From assembly GCA_049523215.1 (NCBI GenBank), contig JBEKNC010000010.1, forward strand, positions 663 to 64,662: DNA of 64,000 nucleotides. Reading direction: 5' to 3'. The notes beneath the pieces were generated by a model. It was not told the origin of the DNA. It saw only the letters and a program-made list of their open reading frames with translations, and did no database searches. The stretch is from Bacteroidota bacterium. GTDB taxonomy: Bacteria > Bacteroidota > Ignavibacteria > UBA10030. Shown here one piece after another: positions 39,262 to 49,743 of the stretch (positions are counted from its first letter, which is position 1; each line of letters opens with the position of its first letter). A program made the translations under genes and the position numbers.

Positions 39262-40139
39262 ACCGCTCACAGAAATACATCTCCATTCTCCTCGAGCGTC
39301 TACCGAAATGGGAACTTCGCTCGTACGAACATCAAACCAGTCTTGATCGGATTCGAGATAGGGTCACCTCTGTTTCGGACATTCACGCGGAACTCAATTC
39401 TCTCTATCAAGTAAAAGGTTTCGCTGAATTTGCCTTGAGCTTGATGTGGATTGCAGATAAGGTAGAAAAAGATGCCACACTGGATGAATCGACGCTTGCT
39501 GAAGAAACTCTCGTGTTTGAAAAGTTACGCTATGCATTGGGAGATATTTCTCCATCATCACAAGAATCGACTTCTACCACAGAGACGGTCGATCTTCCGT
39601 CTTTACCAGGATTTGAATCGACCTCGTCGCCTGCTTTTGAAGGAATGTCAATGTCGCCATCAGAATCTCTGCGTGAACTGACGCCATCGCCTGAGCCGGG
39701 GGCTACACCGGAAGTGTTGCTTGATTCGTGGGGTAAAGAGCCGCAAGCTCCTACACAGACACCATCGATGGGCGGTAGCACAACAATAGGAATTGAACAG
39801 GAACGTGGTTTTGCTAACTTGCTGGAACGCTTTTTGGAATCCGTACAAAGCGGAAACGATGATCGAACGACATTGTTATCCGATGTTATCAATGAATGCA
39901 ATACGGTGGTCACCGCTGATTTGGTGCCGGAAGATTATAAACAGTTCTGTCAATTGCTTGTGGAATTTCTCCAGTATATTTCAGACAATCAGTACCTTGA
40001 TGATATTCGTGTTATGAATATTGTCTCAAACATTCAAGATCCAGTGAACCAGTGGGCACGAAGTGAACAAAACAATCGAACCGGTTTGTTGGATCCGGCA
40101 ATGGAAATTCTCCGAGATTTTAAAACTATGTTTGAATGA
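39258..40139 (+). CDS. Hypothetical helical protein with Ser/Pro/Thr-rich linker
   Basis: 293-aa ORF with ATGA overlaps at both ends. Confidence 0.8.
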   Translation: MNRSQKYISILLERLPKWELRSYEHQTSLDRIRDRVTSVSDIHAELNSLYQVKGFAEFALSLMWIADKVEKDATLDESTLAEETLVFEKLRYALGDISPSSQESTSTTETVDLPSLPGFESTSSPAFEGMSMSPSESLRELTPSPEPGATPEVLLDSWGKEPQAPTQTPSMGGSTTIGIEQERGFANLLERFLESVQSGNDDRTTLLSDVINECNTVVTADLVPEDYKQFCQLLVEFLQYISDNQYLDDIRVMNIVSNIQDPVNQWARSEQNNRTGLLDPAMEILRDFKTMFE

Positions 40140-41236
40140 CGAGTATAAATCAACAAAATATTTACGCAGTAATCATGGCGGGCGGTGTCGGGTCACGGTT
40201 CTGGCCGAGAAGCCGTGAGCGGTCACCAAAGCAAGTATTGGAAATTGTCGGTTCCGGATCGATGCTCTTCAATACGGTTGCTCGTATCCAACCGCTGGTT
40301 CCATCGGACAAGGCGATGGTAGTAACAAACAGGCTTCAAAAAGATATCATCCACCAGCAGGTACCCATGTTGCCATCGCAGAACGTACTCATGGAGCCGC
40401 TCGGAAGAAATACAGCGCCGTGTATCGGACTGGCAGCGAAGTGGATACATCACTACGATCCTGAAGCCATCATGGTCGTTCTGCCGGCAGATCATATTAT
40501 TGGCGATACGGAAGAATTTTTGCATGTCATTCAACGCGCTGTGCATGTGGCAACAGAGAATGATGCATTGGTCACGATCGGGATCAAACCGACTCATCCG
40601 GAAACCGGATATGGGTACATCCAATTCGAAGATACTCCAGAACAGAATCCATATTTGGCAGATGGCATCTACCGCGTGAAAACGTTTGCCGAGAAACCAA
40701 ATCTTGAGACAGCCGAAAAATTTTTAAAGAGCGGAGATTTTCTCTGGAATAGCGGAATGTTTATCTGGAAAACTCGCGTCATTTTACAAGAAATTGAAAA
40801 ACATCTGCCGGAACTTGGCGAACAGTTGGCAAAGCTGGGACCCGTCATCGGCACCGATGCGTATCAATCGACATTAGAACATGTCTATGGCGTCATTCGC
40901 AGCATCTCCATCGATTATGGCGTGATGGAAAAAGCGTCGAAAGTTTTTGTGGCAAAGGGAGATTTTGGGTGGAGCGATGTTGGTTCATGGGATGAAGTAG
41001 TGCGTCTCACTCCGAAGAATGGAGACGGAAATGCGCTGCGCGGAACAGTGATTGTGAAAGATTCGCATCGCAATTATATCGATGCAGATAATAGAGTTGT
41101 TGCAATGATTGGTGTGGATGACATGATCGTCGTTACGACTGATGATGCGGTTTTAATCTGTAAAAAAGGACGCTCGCAAGACGTCAAGGAAGTTGTTGAT
41201 TACCTCCGCCGCAAGCAGATGAATGAATTGCTCTAA
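40136..41236 (+). CDS. manC: Mannose-1-phosphate guanylyltransferase
   Basis: AGGVGSRFWPRSR, EPLGRNTAP, GYGYI, FAEKP, WSDVGSW. Confidence 0.93.
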   Translation: MTSINQQNIYAVIMAGGVGSRFWPRSRERSPKQVLEIVGSGSMLFNTVARIQPLVPSDKAMVVTNRLQKDIIHQQVPMLPSQNVLMEPLGRNTAPCIGLAAKWIHHYDPEAIMVVLPADHIIGDTEEFLHVIQRAVHVATENDALVTIGIKPTHPETGYGYIQFEDTPEQNPYLADGIYRVKTFAEKPNLETAEKFLKSGDFLWNSGMFIWKTRVILQEIEKHLPELGEQLAKLGPVIGTDAYQSTLEHVYGVIRSISIDYGVMEKASKVFVAKGDFGWSDVGSWDEVVRLTPKNGDGNALRGTVIVKDSHRNYIDADNRVVAMIGVDDMIVVTTDDAVLICKKGRSQDVKEVVDYLRRKQMNELL

Positions 41237-41690
41237 CAGACAGGCAATATACGGAATAGTACTAATCTCGCTCCTCGGTTGTACACCATCGCCGAGGTTC
41301 GCGGAGCGAGGTGATCATTCCAAAGAAACCAAAACACCGCAATCGATAGATCAACCCGGGAAGCATATATCCGGAAAAGTCCTACTGACACTCGAAGGTG
41401 TTGTCTCCTACTATGCACATGATTTTCATGGCAAGCAGACTTCAAACGGTGAGACGTTCGATATGCATGCGCTCACAGCTGCTCATCGCACTTTTCCATT
41501 TGGAACGAAAGTGCGCGTTACAAGCTTGGAGAACAATAAAACTGTTATCGTACGAGTGAATGACCGGGGACCCTTTAAGGAAGGGCGCATTATGGATCTA
41601 TCGATGGGTGCAGCGAAGGAAATTGACTTGATTCTTAATGGTACAGCTCGTGCACGGTTAGAAGTACTTGAATGGGGGAATGGAAAATAG
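41223..41690 (+). CDS. rlpA: RlpA family septal lytic transglycosylase lipoprotein
   Basis: Lipobox LLGC, TAAHRTFPFG, VRVNDRGPF, DLS..AA. Confidence 0.9.
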   Translation: MNCSNRQAIYGIVLISLLGCTPSPRFAERGDHSKETKTPQSIDQPGKHISGKVLLTLEGVVSYYAHDFHGKQTSNGETFDMHALTAAHRTFPFGTKVRVTSLENNKTVIVRVNDRGPFKEGRIMDLSMGAAKEIDLILNGTARARLEVLEWGNGK

Positions 41691-41830
41691 CTGCCTAGAA
41701 TATGTCTTATGATTGTAGAACGAAATTTAAGACATGTCATACGATTGTAAACCAGAAGTATGATTCGTCGAACAACAAAGCCAAGCCGCACAGATTTTTT
41801 TCAGTGTGGCTTTTTCATTCATAAAAGACC

Positions 41831-42049
41831 ATGAAACTTACGGTTAAAGTAAAACCCAATTCAAGGAAAAATGAGGTAAAGTGTGCTGAAGACGGAACAC
41901 TTACCATTTTCGTGACTGATCCACCTAGAGAGGGAAAGGCGAATGAAAAATTAATTGAACTCCTAGCCAAATACCTGGAAAAACCGAAACGATGTATTTC
42001 CATTGTGGCAGGATTCAAGAGTAAAATTAAAATTGTCGAAATTGAGTGA
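41831..42049 (+). CDS. DUF167/YggU family protein
   Basis: VKVKPNSR, PPREGKAN, GFKSKIK. Confidence 0.88.
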   Translation: MKLTVKVKPNSRKNEVKCAEDGTLTIFVTDPPREGKANEKLIELLAKYLEKPKRCISIVAGFKSKIKIVEIE

Positions 42050-42235
42050 AAAACTCAAATGCAATATGGCAAAATTGCTTTAAAAAAGCACATTAATACA
42101 AAGAAAGTCATTCCTTCATTGATTTCTTGAAGGGAATTAGTTAAATTGTTATAGTAATAGAATGTAGAGAAATGGAACGTATATGGAATTTTGAATGTTC
42201 TAAAGATAACTGATGTTAAACCATTTTGAGGTTTC

Positions 42236-42997
42236 ATGAATATTGTTGAAAAAGGGAAATGGCTACAAAGGGGTACTCTTTTTGGAGTGATTTTAATTAT
42301 TTTCAGTTCTTTAACTATACAGGGATGTTCTCCGCAAATTACGGGGGCATCTTTTGTTCAAAAAACCAATAGTCCAAATGATGCATTGATCGAAGGGGCG
42401 TTCCCAGAGCAGCCTTCGCCATTTGCATCAATGAACACAGCAGGTCTTGACCGGTACCTTCCTTTAGTAAAAAAGTATGCACAAGAATACGGAATAGACT
42501 GGGTTTTGATCCTTGCAGTGATGAAACAAGAATCAAGATTTAACCATGAGGCGGTAAGTTATAAGGGTGCCTATGGATTGATGCAGATTATGCCGGTTAC
42601 ACAGATTGAACTGGCAGAGAAACTGGGTGTAGAAGAAACAATAACTCCACGCAATAATATCAAAGCTGGCATTTATCATCTCAAATCGCTTTATGCGATG
42701 TTCGAGAATATACAAGAAGAAGACAGAACCTGTCTTTCACTTGCCGCATATAATGCAGGACTTGGACGTGTTCTAGACGCTCAGAAAATTGCTTCTTATA
42801 TGGGGAATGACCCTCATCGATGGTCTTCCGTCCGAGAGGCATTTCCGTTTTTAACCAAGAAGAATTATACGTTGCATAGCCGCATTTGGAGTGATGGCTG
42901 TCCGCCCAGCGGATATTTCCGAAATCCCAGACAAACGGTGGAATATGTTGATAATATCATGATAGCCTATGATCGATATAGTTTATCATTGAAATAG
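42236..42997 (+). CDS. Lytic transglycosylase (SLT, MltF-like catalytic domain)
   Basis: QESRF, GAYGLMQIMP, AAYNAG, QTVEYV. Confidence 0.9.
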   Translation: MNIVEKGKWLQRGTLFGVILIIFSSLTIQGCSPQITGASFVQKTNSPNDALIEGAFPEQPSPFASMNTAGLDRYLPLVKKYAQEYGIDWVLILAVMKQESRFNHEAVSYKGAYGLMQIMPVTQIELAEKLGVEETITPRNNIKAGIYHLKSLYAMFENIQEEDRTCLSLAAYNAGLGRVLDAQKIASYMGNDPHRWSSVREAFPFLTKKNYTLHSRIWSDGCPPSGYFRNPRQTVEYVDNIMIAYDRYSLSLK

Positions 42998-43074
42998 CAT
43001 AGTTCACTGAAAACATCTCTTCAGATTTCTTTCGAGGCTATTTAATAAATAGATTCTATTATTAGAAAAAACGC

Positions 43075-43103
43075 TTGACATTCATACGTTGTAAGTATAT
43101 ATT
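43075..43103 (+). promoter_or_regulatory. Promoter for the outer membrane protein gene
   Basis: TTGACA-N17-TATATT. Confidence 0.8.
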
Positions 43104-43194
43104 TTTGAGTGTTTTTTTTGCATGCACATGTTCGTAAGGGATAAGCCGCTGTTACTCAATTAACTGATACACTCATATAACAAGGAGTTACATA

Positions 43195-43731
43195 ATGAAA
43201 CGCATTCTTCTTCTATCTGTGCTGGTTATCTTCATTGCCTCTATGTCCTTCGGACAGATGGCATATAAAAAGGGCGACCAGGTTGTGAATCTTGGAATTG
43301 GACTTGGCGGTTTTGCTGGTGCTTATGGTTCAGGCGGAATAGCAATTACCGGCGGATATGAATATGGTGTTAACGAAAACATCTCGTTAGGCGGCGTTCT
43401 TGGTTATTCATCATCATCAGAAGATATCTTTGCTGGTTATGGTTGGAAGTATACCTATATCTTAATCGGTGCACGTGGTGCATATCATCTCGATTTATTT
43501 CATAATCCCAAAATCGACACATATGGCGGAATTTTGCTGGGTTACAATATCGTTTCATCGTCAGCAACTGGAACCTATTATGGTTATGGAGCGTACTCAG
43601 CATCAGCGAGTTATTTAGAGTTTGGAATATTTATTGGCGGTCGTTACTATTTTGATCCCCACTGGGCAGTGCAGGCAGAATTGGGATACGGTTTGGGTAT
43701 TCTCAATATTGGTATCGCTTACAAATTATAA
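43195..43731 (+). CDS. Small outer-membrane beta-barrel protein
   Basis: Signal peptide, Gly/Tyr-rich amphipathic strands, C-terminal AYKL. Confidence 0.85.
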   Translation: MKRILLLSVLVIFIASMSFGQMAYKKGDQVVNLGIGLGGFAGAYGSGGIAITGGYEYGVNENISLGGVLGYSSSSEDIFAGYGWKYTYILIGARGAYHLDLFHNPKIDTYGGILLGYNIVSSSATGTYYGYGAYSASASYLEFGIFIGGRYYFDPHWAVQAELGYGLGILNIGIAYKL

Positions 43732-43763
43732 TCCTTGCTGACCCCTTAAGAGTTGGTGGTGAC

Positions 43764-43796
43764 GGGAGAAAATCTAAAAGGGTTTTCTCCCTTTTT
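43764..43796 (+). terminator. Terminator after the OMP gene
   Basis: GGGAGAAAA / TTTTCTCCC plus T run. Confidence 0.75.
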
Positions 43797-43804
43797 ATTT
43801 GGTC

Positions 43805-43854
43805 AGATTCCCGAAATCTTTCTATGTCATTTCTGGGATAGATTTCGGGAATCT
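43805..43854. repeat. Perfect 15-bp inverted repeat upstream of purF
   Basis: AGATTCCCGAAATCT ... AGATTTCGGGAATCT. Confidence 0.85.
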
Positions 43855-43903
43855 TTTTCCCATTCTTGGAAGCCCGAATATTTTTTCGTACCTTTATAAC
43901 AGC

Positions 43904-45400
43904 ATGAAAGAATTTGCACATGTAGAAGGAAAGCCGCGATGCCATTGCGGCGTTTTCGGAGTGTTTGGTCATCCAGAAGCTTCCGTTATGTGTTACTACG
44001 GTCTACACGCCCTACAGCATCGAGGTCAAGAGGCGGCCGGTATTGTCACAAGTGAGTGGCTTGAAGATAAGAAAAAATGGCGCTTCAATATTCAAAAAGG
44101 AGAGGGGCTTGTTTCTGATGTCTTCAAGGATGCCGAGGTCTTAAAAGAAAAGTTAAAGGGGAATTCGGCAATCGGGCATAACCGATACTCAACGACCGGG
44201 TCAGCAGATAACAAGTCGAATATTCAGCCTTTTGTGGTCAATTATAGATCTGGTAACCTTGCGCTCGGACACAATGGCAACCTGACAAACTATCGAACGC
44301 TGCGCCATACGCTTCAAGAAGATGGAACAATTTTCCAATCAACATCTGACAGCGAGATCATCCTGCATCTTGCTGCACGGAGCAAGCATAAGGATCAAAT
44401 TTTGCAAATCAAAGAGGCGCTCGATACGGTCGATGGTGCTTTTTCACTCGTTATCTTAACAGATAACAGCTTGATCGCTGCCCGCGATTGGCATGGGTTC
44501 CGTCCGCTGGCACTTGGCAAGGTGGAAGGAGCATATGTTGTTGCCTCTGAAACGTGTGCGTTTGATATTATCGGCGCAGAGTACATCCGCGATATCGCTC
44601 CGGGCGAAATTGTGGTTATCGATAACGACGTGCTGGCGACAGGGAAGATACAATCTTATTGGATTACGAAGAAATCTTCGCAACCACATCACTGCATCTT
44701 TGAGTACATCTATTTCTCCCGTCCGGACAGCAAAATCTTCGGCATCAACGTTGATAAAGTGCGCCGCAAACTGGGAAAACTGCTTGCCAGTGAAAATCCG
44801 GTTATTCCCAAATCACCTGAAGACAAAGTTATTATCATCAATGTTCCGGACTCCAGCAATACTTGTACCCTGGGTTATGTTACCGAAAGTAACAAACAAG
44901 GGCGGAATGTCCGGCTTGAGCTTGGTCTAATCCGCAGTCACTATGTTGGGCGTACGTTTATCCAGCCCCAGCAGAACCATCGTGAGCTTAAGGTAAAGAC
45001 GAAGTTCAATACCGTGAAGGGTGTTCTCAAAGGAAAGAAAGTTGTTATCGTCGATGATTCGATCGTTCGCGGAACGACATCAAAACAATTGGTGAAACTG
45101 ATTAGAGAAGCAGGACCAAAAGAAGTGCACTTCCGTGTTTCGTGCCCTCCCATTAAATTCCCATGTTACTATGGAATGGATTTTCCCAGTCGTGAGGAAT
45201 TAATTGCAAATCGCTTCAACGGTGATATCGAGGCGATTGGAAAAGAATTAGGTGTTGAGAGTCTTTCATATCTGCCGATGGAGAAACTCCTCGCTTCGGC
45301 TCCTACGGATGACGGCAGGAATTATTGTACTGCTTGTTTCGATGGTAAGTATCCTGTTCCAATCGATCCAGAGGCTGCAAAGAACGAAAACGACCAGTAA
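43904..45400 (+). CDS. purF: Amidophosphoribosyltransferase
   Basis: Propeptide then CGVFG, QHRGQE, IGHNRYST, VDDSIVRGTT. Confidence 0.96.
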   Translation: MKEFAHVEGKPRCHCGVFGVFGHPEASVMCYYGLHALQHRGQEAAGIVTSEWLEDKKKWRFNIQKGEGLVSDVFKDAEVLKEKLKGNSAIGHNRYSTTGSADNKSNIQPFVVNYRSGNLALGHNGNLTNYRTLRHTLQEDGTIFQSTSDSEIILHLAARSKHKDQILQIKEALDTVDGAFSLVILTDNSLIAARDWHGFRPLALGKVEGAYVVASETCAFDIIGAEYIRDIAPGEIVVIDNDVLATGKIQSYWITKKSSQPHHCIFEYIYFSRPDSKIFGINVDKVRRKLGKLLASENPVIPKSPEDKVIIINVPDSSNTCTLGYVTESNKQGRNVRLELGLIRSHYVGRTFIQPQQNHRELKVKTKFNTVKGVLKGKKVVIVDDSIVRGTTSKQLVKLIREAGPKEVHFRVSCPPIKFPCYYGMDFPSREELIANRFNGDIEAIGKELGVESLSYLPMEKLLASAPTDDGRNYCTACFDGKYPVPIDPEAAKNENDQ

Positions 45401-45954
45401 TGACGTACCGTTATCTTACTGTTTCCAATTTCATTAGTGCCAGTCGAATCATTATAGTCATTCCTATGGGCTACTGCCTCTTAACGGAATTCCCTCATCA
45501 TAGGTTATGGACAATCGGTGTTATCCTTGTCGCAGTTGCGACGGATTTTCTCGATGGATTTCTTGCAAGAAAATTGCACCAAGTAACAGAAATTGGCAAA
45601 ATCATCGATCCACTGGCAGATAAGATTGGCATCGGAGTATATGCCATCTTACTTGCTATAACCGGTGATGTACCTCTTTGGTTTGTCGTGTTCGTATTGC
45701 TGCGAGACCTTCTTATTTTTTCTGGTGGATTATATATCCATCGAAATAAAAGAATTGTTCCTCAATCTAATTGGCCCGGGAAAATTTCAGTGAGCTGTGT
45801 TGCCGTTACTTTTTTCTTAGCAACACTGCGGATGGATGCGTTGAACCGCCTCTTGACTTATTCACTCTGGGGAAGTGTTGTCGTGATGGTATGGTCATCG
45901 TGGAGTTATGCTCAAAGACTCTTTATCGGCAGAAACGTTGATATAACGAAGTGA
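45400..45954 (+). CDS. pgsA: CDP-alcohol phosphatidyltransferase
   Basis: DFLDGFLAR...GKIIDPLADK. Confidence 0.85.
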   Translation: MTYRYLTVSNFISASRIIIVIPMGYCLLTEFPHHRLWTIGVILVAVATDFLDGFLARKLHQVTEIGKIIDPLADKIGIGVYAILLAITGDVPLWFVVFVLLRDLLIFSGGLYIHRNKRIVPQSNWPGKISVSCVAVTFFLATLRMDALNRLLTYSLWGSVVVMVWSSWSYAQRLFIGRNVDITK

Positions 45955-45958
45955 TTCT

Positions 45959-46915
45959 ATGGCATTTTTTGAAACACTCACCAAACTGAAAGCTGGACTT
46001 GCAAAGACAAGGGATTCCATCGTCAATAAGGTGCAGCAGCTTGCAGTAACAAAGAGTAAAATTGATGATGAGCTGTTGAATCAGCTGGAAGAAATCCTTA
46101 TCGCAGGTGATGTCGGTGTGGAGACTGCAAACATTATTCTCACGCATCTGAAGCGGCGTGTTAAAGAAAATAAATATGAATCGACGACTCAGCTTGTTTT
46201 ATTGCTCAAGGAAGAAGTTGCAGCGATTCTTCATGTGAATGATGATGAGGAACCATCATTGACAACATTGCCGGCAGCTTCAAAACCGTATGTTGTGATG
46301 GTTGTTGGTGTGAATGGTGTCGGAAAGACAACAACGATCGGAAAGATGGCGTATCAGTACCGGCAGGCAGGGCATAAGGTTGTCATCGGTGCGGCTGATA
46401 CATTCCGCGCTGCGGCAAACGAGCAGCTTGAGATCTGGGCACAGCGTGCTGGGGTGGATATCGTTCAACAGTCGCGCGGTTCAGACCCGGCAGCCGTGGC
46501 ATTTGATACGCTCAACTCTGCTCTTTCCCGACAATCCGATGTTGTCATCATTGATACTGCAGGACGGCTTCACACAAAAACGAACCTGATGGAAGAACTA
46601 AAAAAGATTAAAAGGGTGATGGATAAACGATTGCCTGGTGCACCACACGAGGTGCTGTTAGTGCTTGATGCATCGACCGGGCAGAACGGGCTGCAACAAG
46701 TCAAATACTTTACCGCCGCTGTGGATGTAACCGGAATTGTGTTAACGAAACTTGATGGCACGGCAAAAGGAGGTATTGTGCTTGCCATTAGTAATGAAAT
46801 GAAATTGCCGGTAAAATTTATCGGTGTTGGCGAAAGTATCGATGACCTCCAGCCATTCGATCCCCGCGCATTCGTTGATGCGCTGTTTGAGGGCAGTGAG
46901 ATTGTAAGCAATTAA
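45959..46915 (+). CDS. ftsY: SRP receptor GTPase
   Basis: GVNGVGKTTT, DTFRAAA, DTAGR, TKLDGTAKGG. Confidence 0.97.
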   Translation: MAFFETLTKLKAGLAKTRDSIVNKVQQLAVTKSKIDDELLNQLEEILIAGDVGVETANIILTHLKRRVKENKYESTTQLVLLLKEEVAAILHVNDDEEPSLTTLPAASKPYVVMVVGVNGVGKTTTIGKMAYQYRQAGHKVVIGAADTFRAAANEQLEIWAQRAGVDIVQQSRGSDPAAVAFDTLNSALSRQSDVVIIDTAGRLHTKTNLMEELKKIKRVMDKRLPGAPHEVLLVLDASTGQNGLQQVKYFTAAVDVTGIVLTKLDGTAKGGIVLAISNEMKLPVKFIGVGESIDDLQPFDPRAFVDALFEGSEIVSN

Positions 46916-46922
46916 TTATTCC

Positions 46923-48785
46923 ATGTCTTCTAAAATTCACATACTGACTCCTGAATTATCAAACAAGATTGCCGCCGGCGAAGTTGTGCAGCGCCCTGCC
47001 TCGGTAGTGAAGGAGTTGATTGAGAACTCGCTCGATGCCAAGGCAACGCGCATCAGTATTATGGTAAAAGATGCGGGAAAAGCATTGATCCAAGTTGTGG
47101 ATAATGGCGAGGGAATGTCGGAACAAGACGCGTCTCTAGCATTTCGAAGACATGCAACAAGCAAAATTCGTTCCGCCCGCGATTTAGAAGAGATTCAGAC
47201 GCTCGGTTTTCGCGGAGAGGCGCTGGCATCGATTACGGCAGTTGCGCAAGTGGAACTCAAAACACGTACTGAATCGGATGACCTTGCCACGTTTCTCCGA
47301 ATTGAGGGTGATGAAGTAAAGGAAAAAACCAAGTCAGCGCTTGAATGCGGAACAAGCATCACGGTACGCAATCTTTTTTATAATACTCCGGCTCGCCGCA
47401 ACTTCCTCAAGACCCGGCACACAGAATTAAAGAATATCACCGATGCTATTGTGCGAATGGCCGTTGCGTATCCAGAAGTTGAATGGTTCTATACAAGCGA
47501 CGACGAAGTGATGCTTGATTTGAAGTCGAACTCGACAGAAGGAAGAGTGGCTGCCGTTTTTGGGAAAGCTCTCTACCAATCAATAATAAAATTTGAAGAT
47601 ACGAATGACCTCATGACGGTCAGTGGATTCCTTGGCAAGCCGAACTTTGCACGCAAGAGTCGCGCTGAACAGTTGGTATTTATGAATAGGCGGTTTATTT
47701 TTAGCAAGATGATCAATCATGCTGTCTTTCAAGCGTATGAACATTTGCTGGAAAAAGGGTCTTTTCCGTTCTTTATTCTGAATCTCACTCTTGATCCGCG
47801 AAAGGTTGATGTCAACGTCCATCCGACAAAAATGGAAGTAAAATTTGAGAATGAATCAAACATCTATCGCATGATCCTGTCGGTTGTGCGAAGAGCACTT
47901 GCGGAGAATGATTTAGTGCCATCGGTGTCGTTCAAAGATGGGAATGCAATATCACCAATTGATGCCAAGCTCCAATTTGATAGTCAGGTATGGAAAAAGG
48001 CAATTGAAACTCAGACGAGTGCACCCGTCTTTCCTATTGGTACTATTGCGCGCCCCGGTGAACCTAGAGCACCGATGACACCGAATATTATCGGTCTCGA
48101 TGAATTGAAGCTGTCCGCTTCAAGTTCCGAAGCATCCTTACCATTCAATGTGTCTTCATCAGCGAACAACCGAATTCTTTCTCAGCGTACAGCGGATGAT
48201 CCATCCTTATCGCAAGAAAGCAAACCCATTTGGCAGGCGCACAACAAGTACATTATCTCACAGATTCGCAATGGATTGATGATTATTGATCAACACGTTG
48301 CCCACGAGCGAATTCTCTATGAACGTGTACTGTCGAATTTCGAAAACAGCTTGCCGTCAATCCAGCAGTTGTTATTTCCTGAAACGATTGAGGTAAGCAC
48401 AAGCGACTATTCGCTGGTGAAAGAGCTGCAAGCACACCTTGAACGTCTCGGTTTTGATATAAAATTATTCGGTAAAAATACCGTGGTGATTGAAGGGATT
48501 CCGGCTGATGTTCGCATTGGGAATGAAAGGAAAATCTTGCAGGATGTGTTGGACGAATTTAAAAACAACGAACACGCGGGTATATCCGATGTGCGCGATA
48601 ATCTGGCAAAATCGTTCGCATGCAAGGCAGCGATCAAAGCAGGTGATAAGCTGAATATTACTGAGATGGTAGTATTGATCGAACATCTGTTCCTTACCAA
48701 GATGCCATTTGTTTGTCCACACGGCAGACCTGTGATCGTAAAGATTCCACTCGAAGAACTTGACAAACGATTTGGCCGAACGTGA
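46923..48785 (+). CDS. mutL: DNA mismatch repair endonuclease MutL
   Basis: GEVVQRP, GFRGEAL, DQHVAHER, CPHGRP. Confidence 0.97.
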   Translation: MSSKIHILTPELSNKIAAGEVVQRPASVVKELIENSLDAKATRISIMVKDAGKALIQVVDNGEGMSEQDASLAFRRHATSKIRSARDLEEIQTLGFRGEALASITAVAQVELKTRTESDDLATFLRIEGDEVKEKTKSALECGTSITVRNLFYNTPARRNFLKTRHTELKNITDAIVRMAVAYPEVEWFYTSDDEVMLDLKSNSTEGRVAAVFGKALYQSIIKFEDTNDLMTVSGFLGKPNFARKSRAEQLVFMNRRFIFSKMINHAVFQAYEHLLEKGSFPFFILNLTLDPRKVDVNVHPTKMEVKFENESNIYRMILSVVRRALAENDLVPSVSFKDGNAISPIDAKLQFDSQVWKKAIETQTSAPVFPIGTIARPGEPRAPMTPNIIGLDELKLSASSSEASLPFNVSSSANNRILSQRTADDPSLSQESKPIWQAHNKYIISQIRNGLMIIDQHVAHERILYERVLSNFENSLPSIQQLLFPETIEVSTSDYSLVKELQAHLERLGFDIKLFGKNTVVIEGIPADVRIGNERKILQDVLDEFKNNEHAGISDVRDNLAKSFACKAAIKAGDKLNITEMVVLIEHLFLTKMPFVCPHGRPVIVKIPLEELDKRFGRT

Positions 48786-48836
48786 CTTCATTTGTATCGT
48801 AAGAAACGAATTACCTTGTCGTAAGGAGAAGGGGCA

Positions 48837-49724
48837 ATGAAGAAGAATATAATCAATGTATTCAAAATAATACGCCCAAGCCAATGGCTAAAAAATGCAT
48901 TTCTTTTTGCACCACTGATTTTTGCAAAACATCTTTTCGATTTGCCATACATTTGGCGGGAAACGCTTGCATTTATCGGATTCTGTCTTGTCTCGAGTAC
49001 CCTCTATGTTGTCAATGATATTCTCGATCGTGAAGCGGACAAGCTTCACCCGAATAAGCGGAATCGTCCGCTTGCGTCCGGTGCCATCGGTATGCCTGGA
49101 GCTTTTGTAATTATTGTCATTCTTCTGGTGTTAATAGTTTGCATAGTACCACATCTCAACTTGTATTTTTGGTATACAGTCATCTTATATGGGCTTCTGA
49201 ATCTAGCGTATTCTTTCGGATTAAAACGAGTGGTCTTAGTGGATGTGTTCATTATTGCCTCGGGATTTATGCTGCGTGTACTCGCCGGTGTGTTTGCCAT
49301 CGAAGTAGAGATTTCCTCTTGGCTGATTCTTTGTACGCTTTTTGTTTCAGTATTTCTTGCGGTTTCTAAACGGCGTGGTGAGTTAATGCTTAGCTCAACC
49401 AGCGAGTCTTTTGATAACAGACCCGTTCTCAAACAATACAACATCGCGTTTATGGATCAAATCATGACTATAGCGGCATCCGGAATGGCAATTTCCTATG
49501 CATTATATTCAGTCGCTGATCGTACAGTAAAGACTTTTAAAACAGAGAACCTTATTTTTACGACGGTATTTGTCTTGTTTGGCATTTTTCGGTACATTTT
49601 TCTCATGCGGGATAGAAAAACCGATGATGATCCAATGCATTTACTCTTAAGCGATGCACCGACGATTGTAAACATTATGGTATGGTTCCTTGTGTGTGTC
49701 GTTATTATTTATTCTCATAATTAA
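48837..49724 (+). CDS. UbiA family prenyltransferase (decaprenyl-phosphate phosphoribosyltransferase-like)
   Basis: RPSQWLKN, NDILDREAD..HP.KRNRPLASG, KRRGE. Confidence 0.85.
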   Translation: MKKNIINVFKIIRPSQWLKNAFLFAPLIFAKHLFDLPYIWRETLAFIGFCLVSSTLYVVNDILDREADKLHPNKRNRPLASGAIGMPGAFVIIVILLVLIVCIVPHLNLYFWYTVILYGLLNLAYSFGLKRVVLVDVFIIASGFMLRVLAGVFAIEVEISSWLILCTLFVSVFLAVSKRRGELMLSSTSESFDNRPVLKQYNIAFMDQIMTIAASGMAISYALYSVADRTVKTFKTENLIFTTVFVLFGIFRYIFLMRDRKTDDDPMHLLLSDAPTIVNIMVWFLVCVVIIYSHN

Positions 49725-49743
49725 ACAAAATGGATATACTCGT

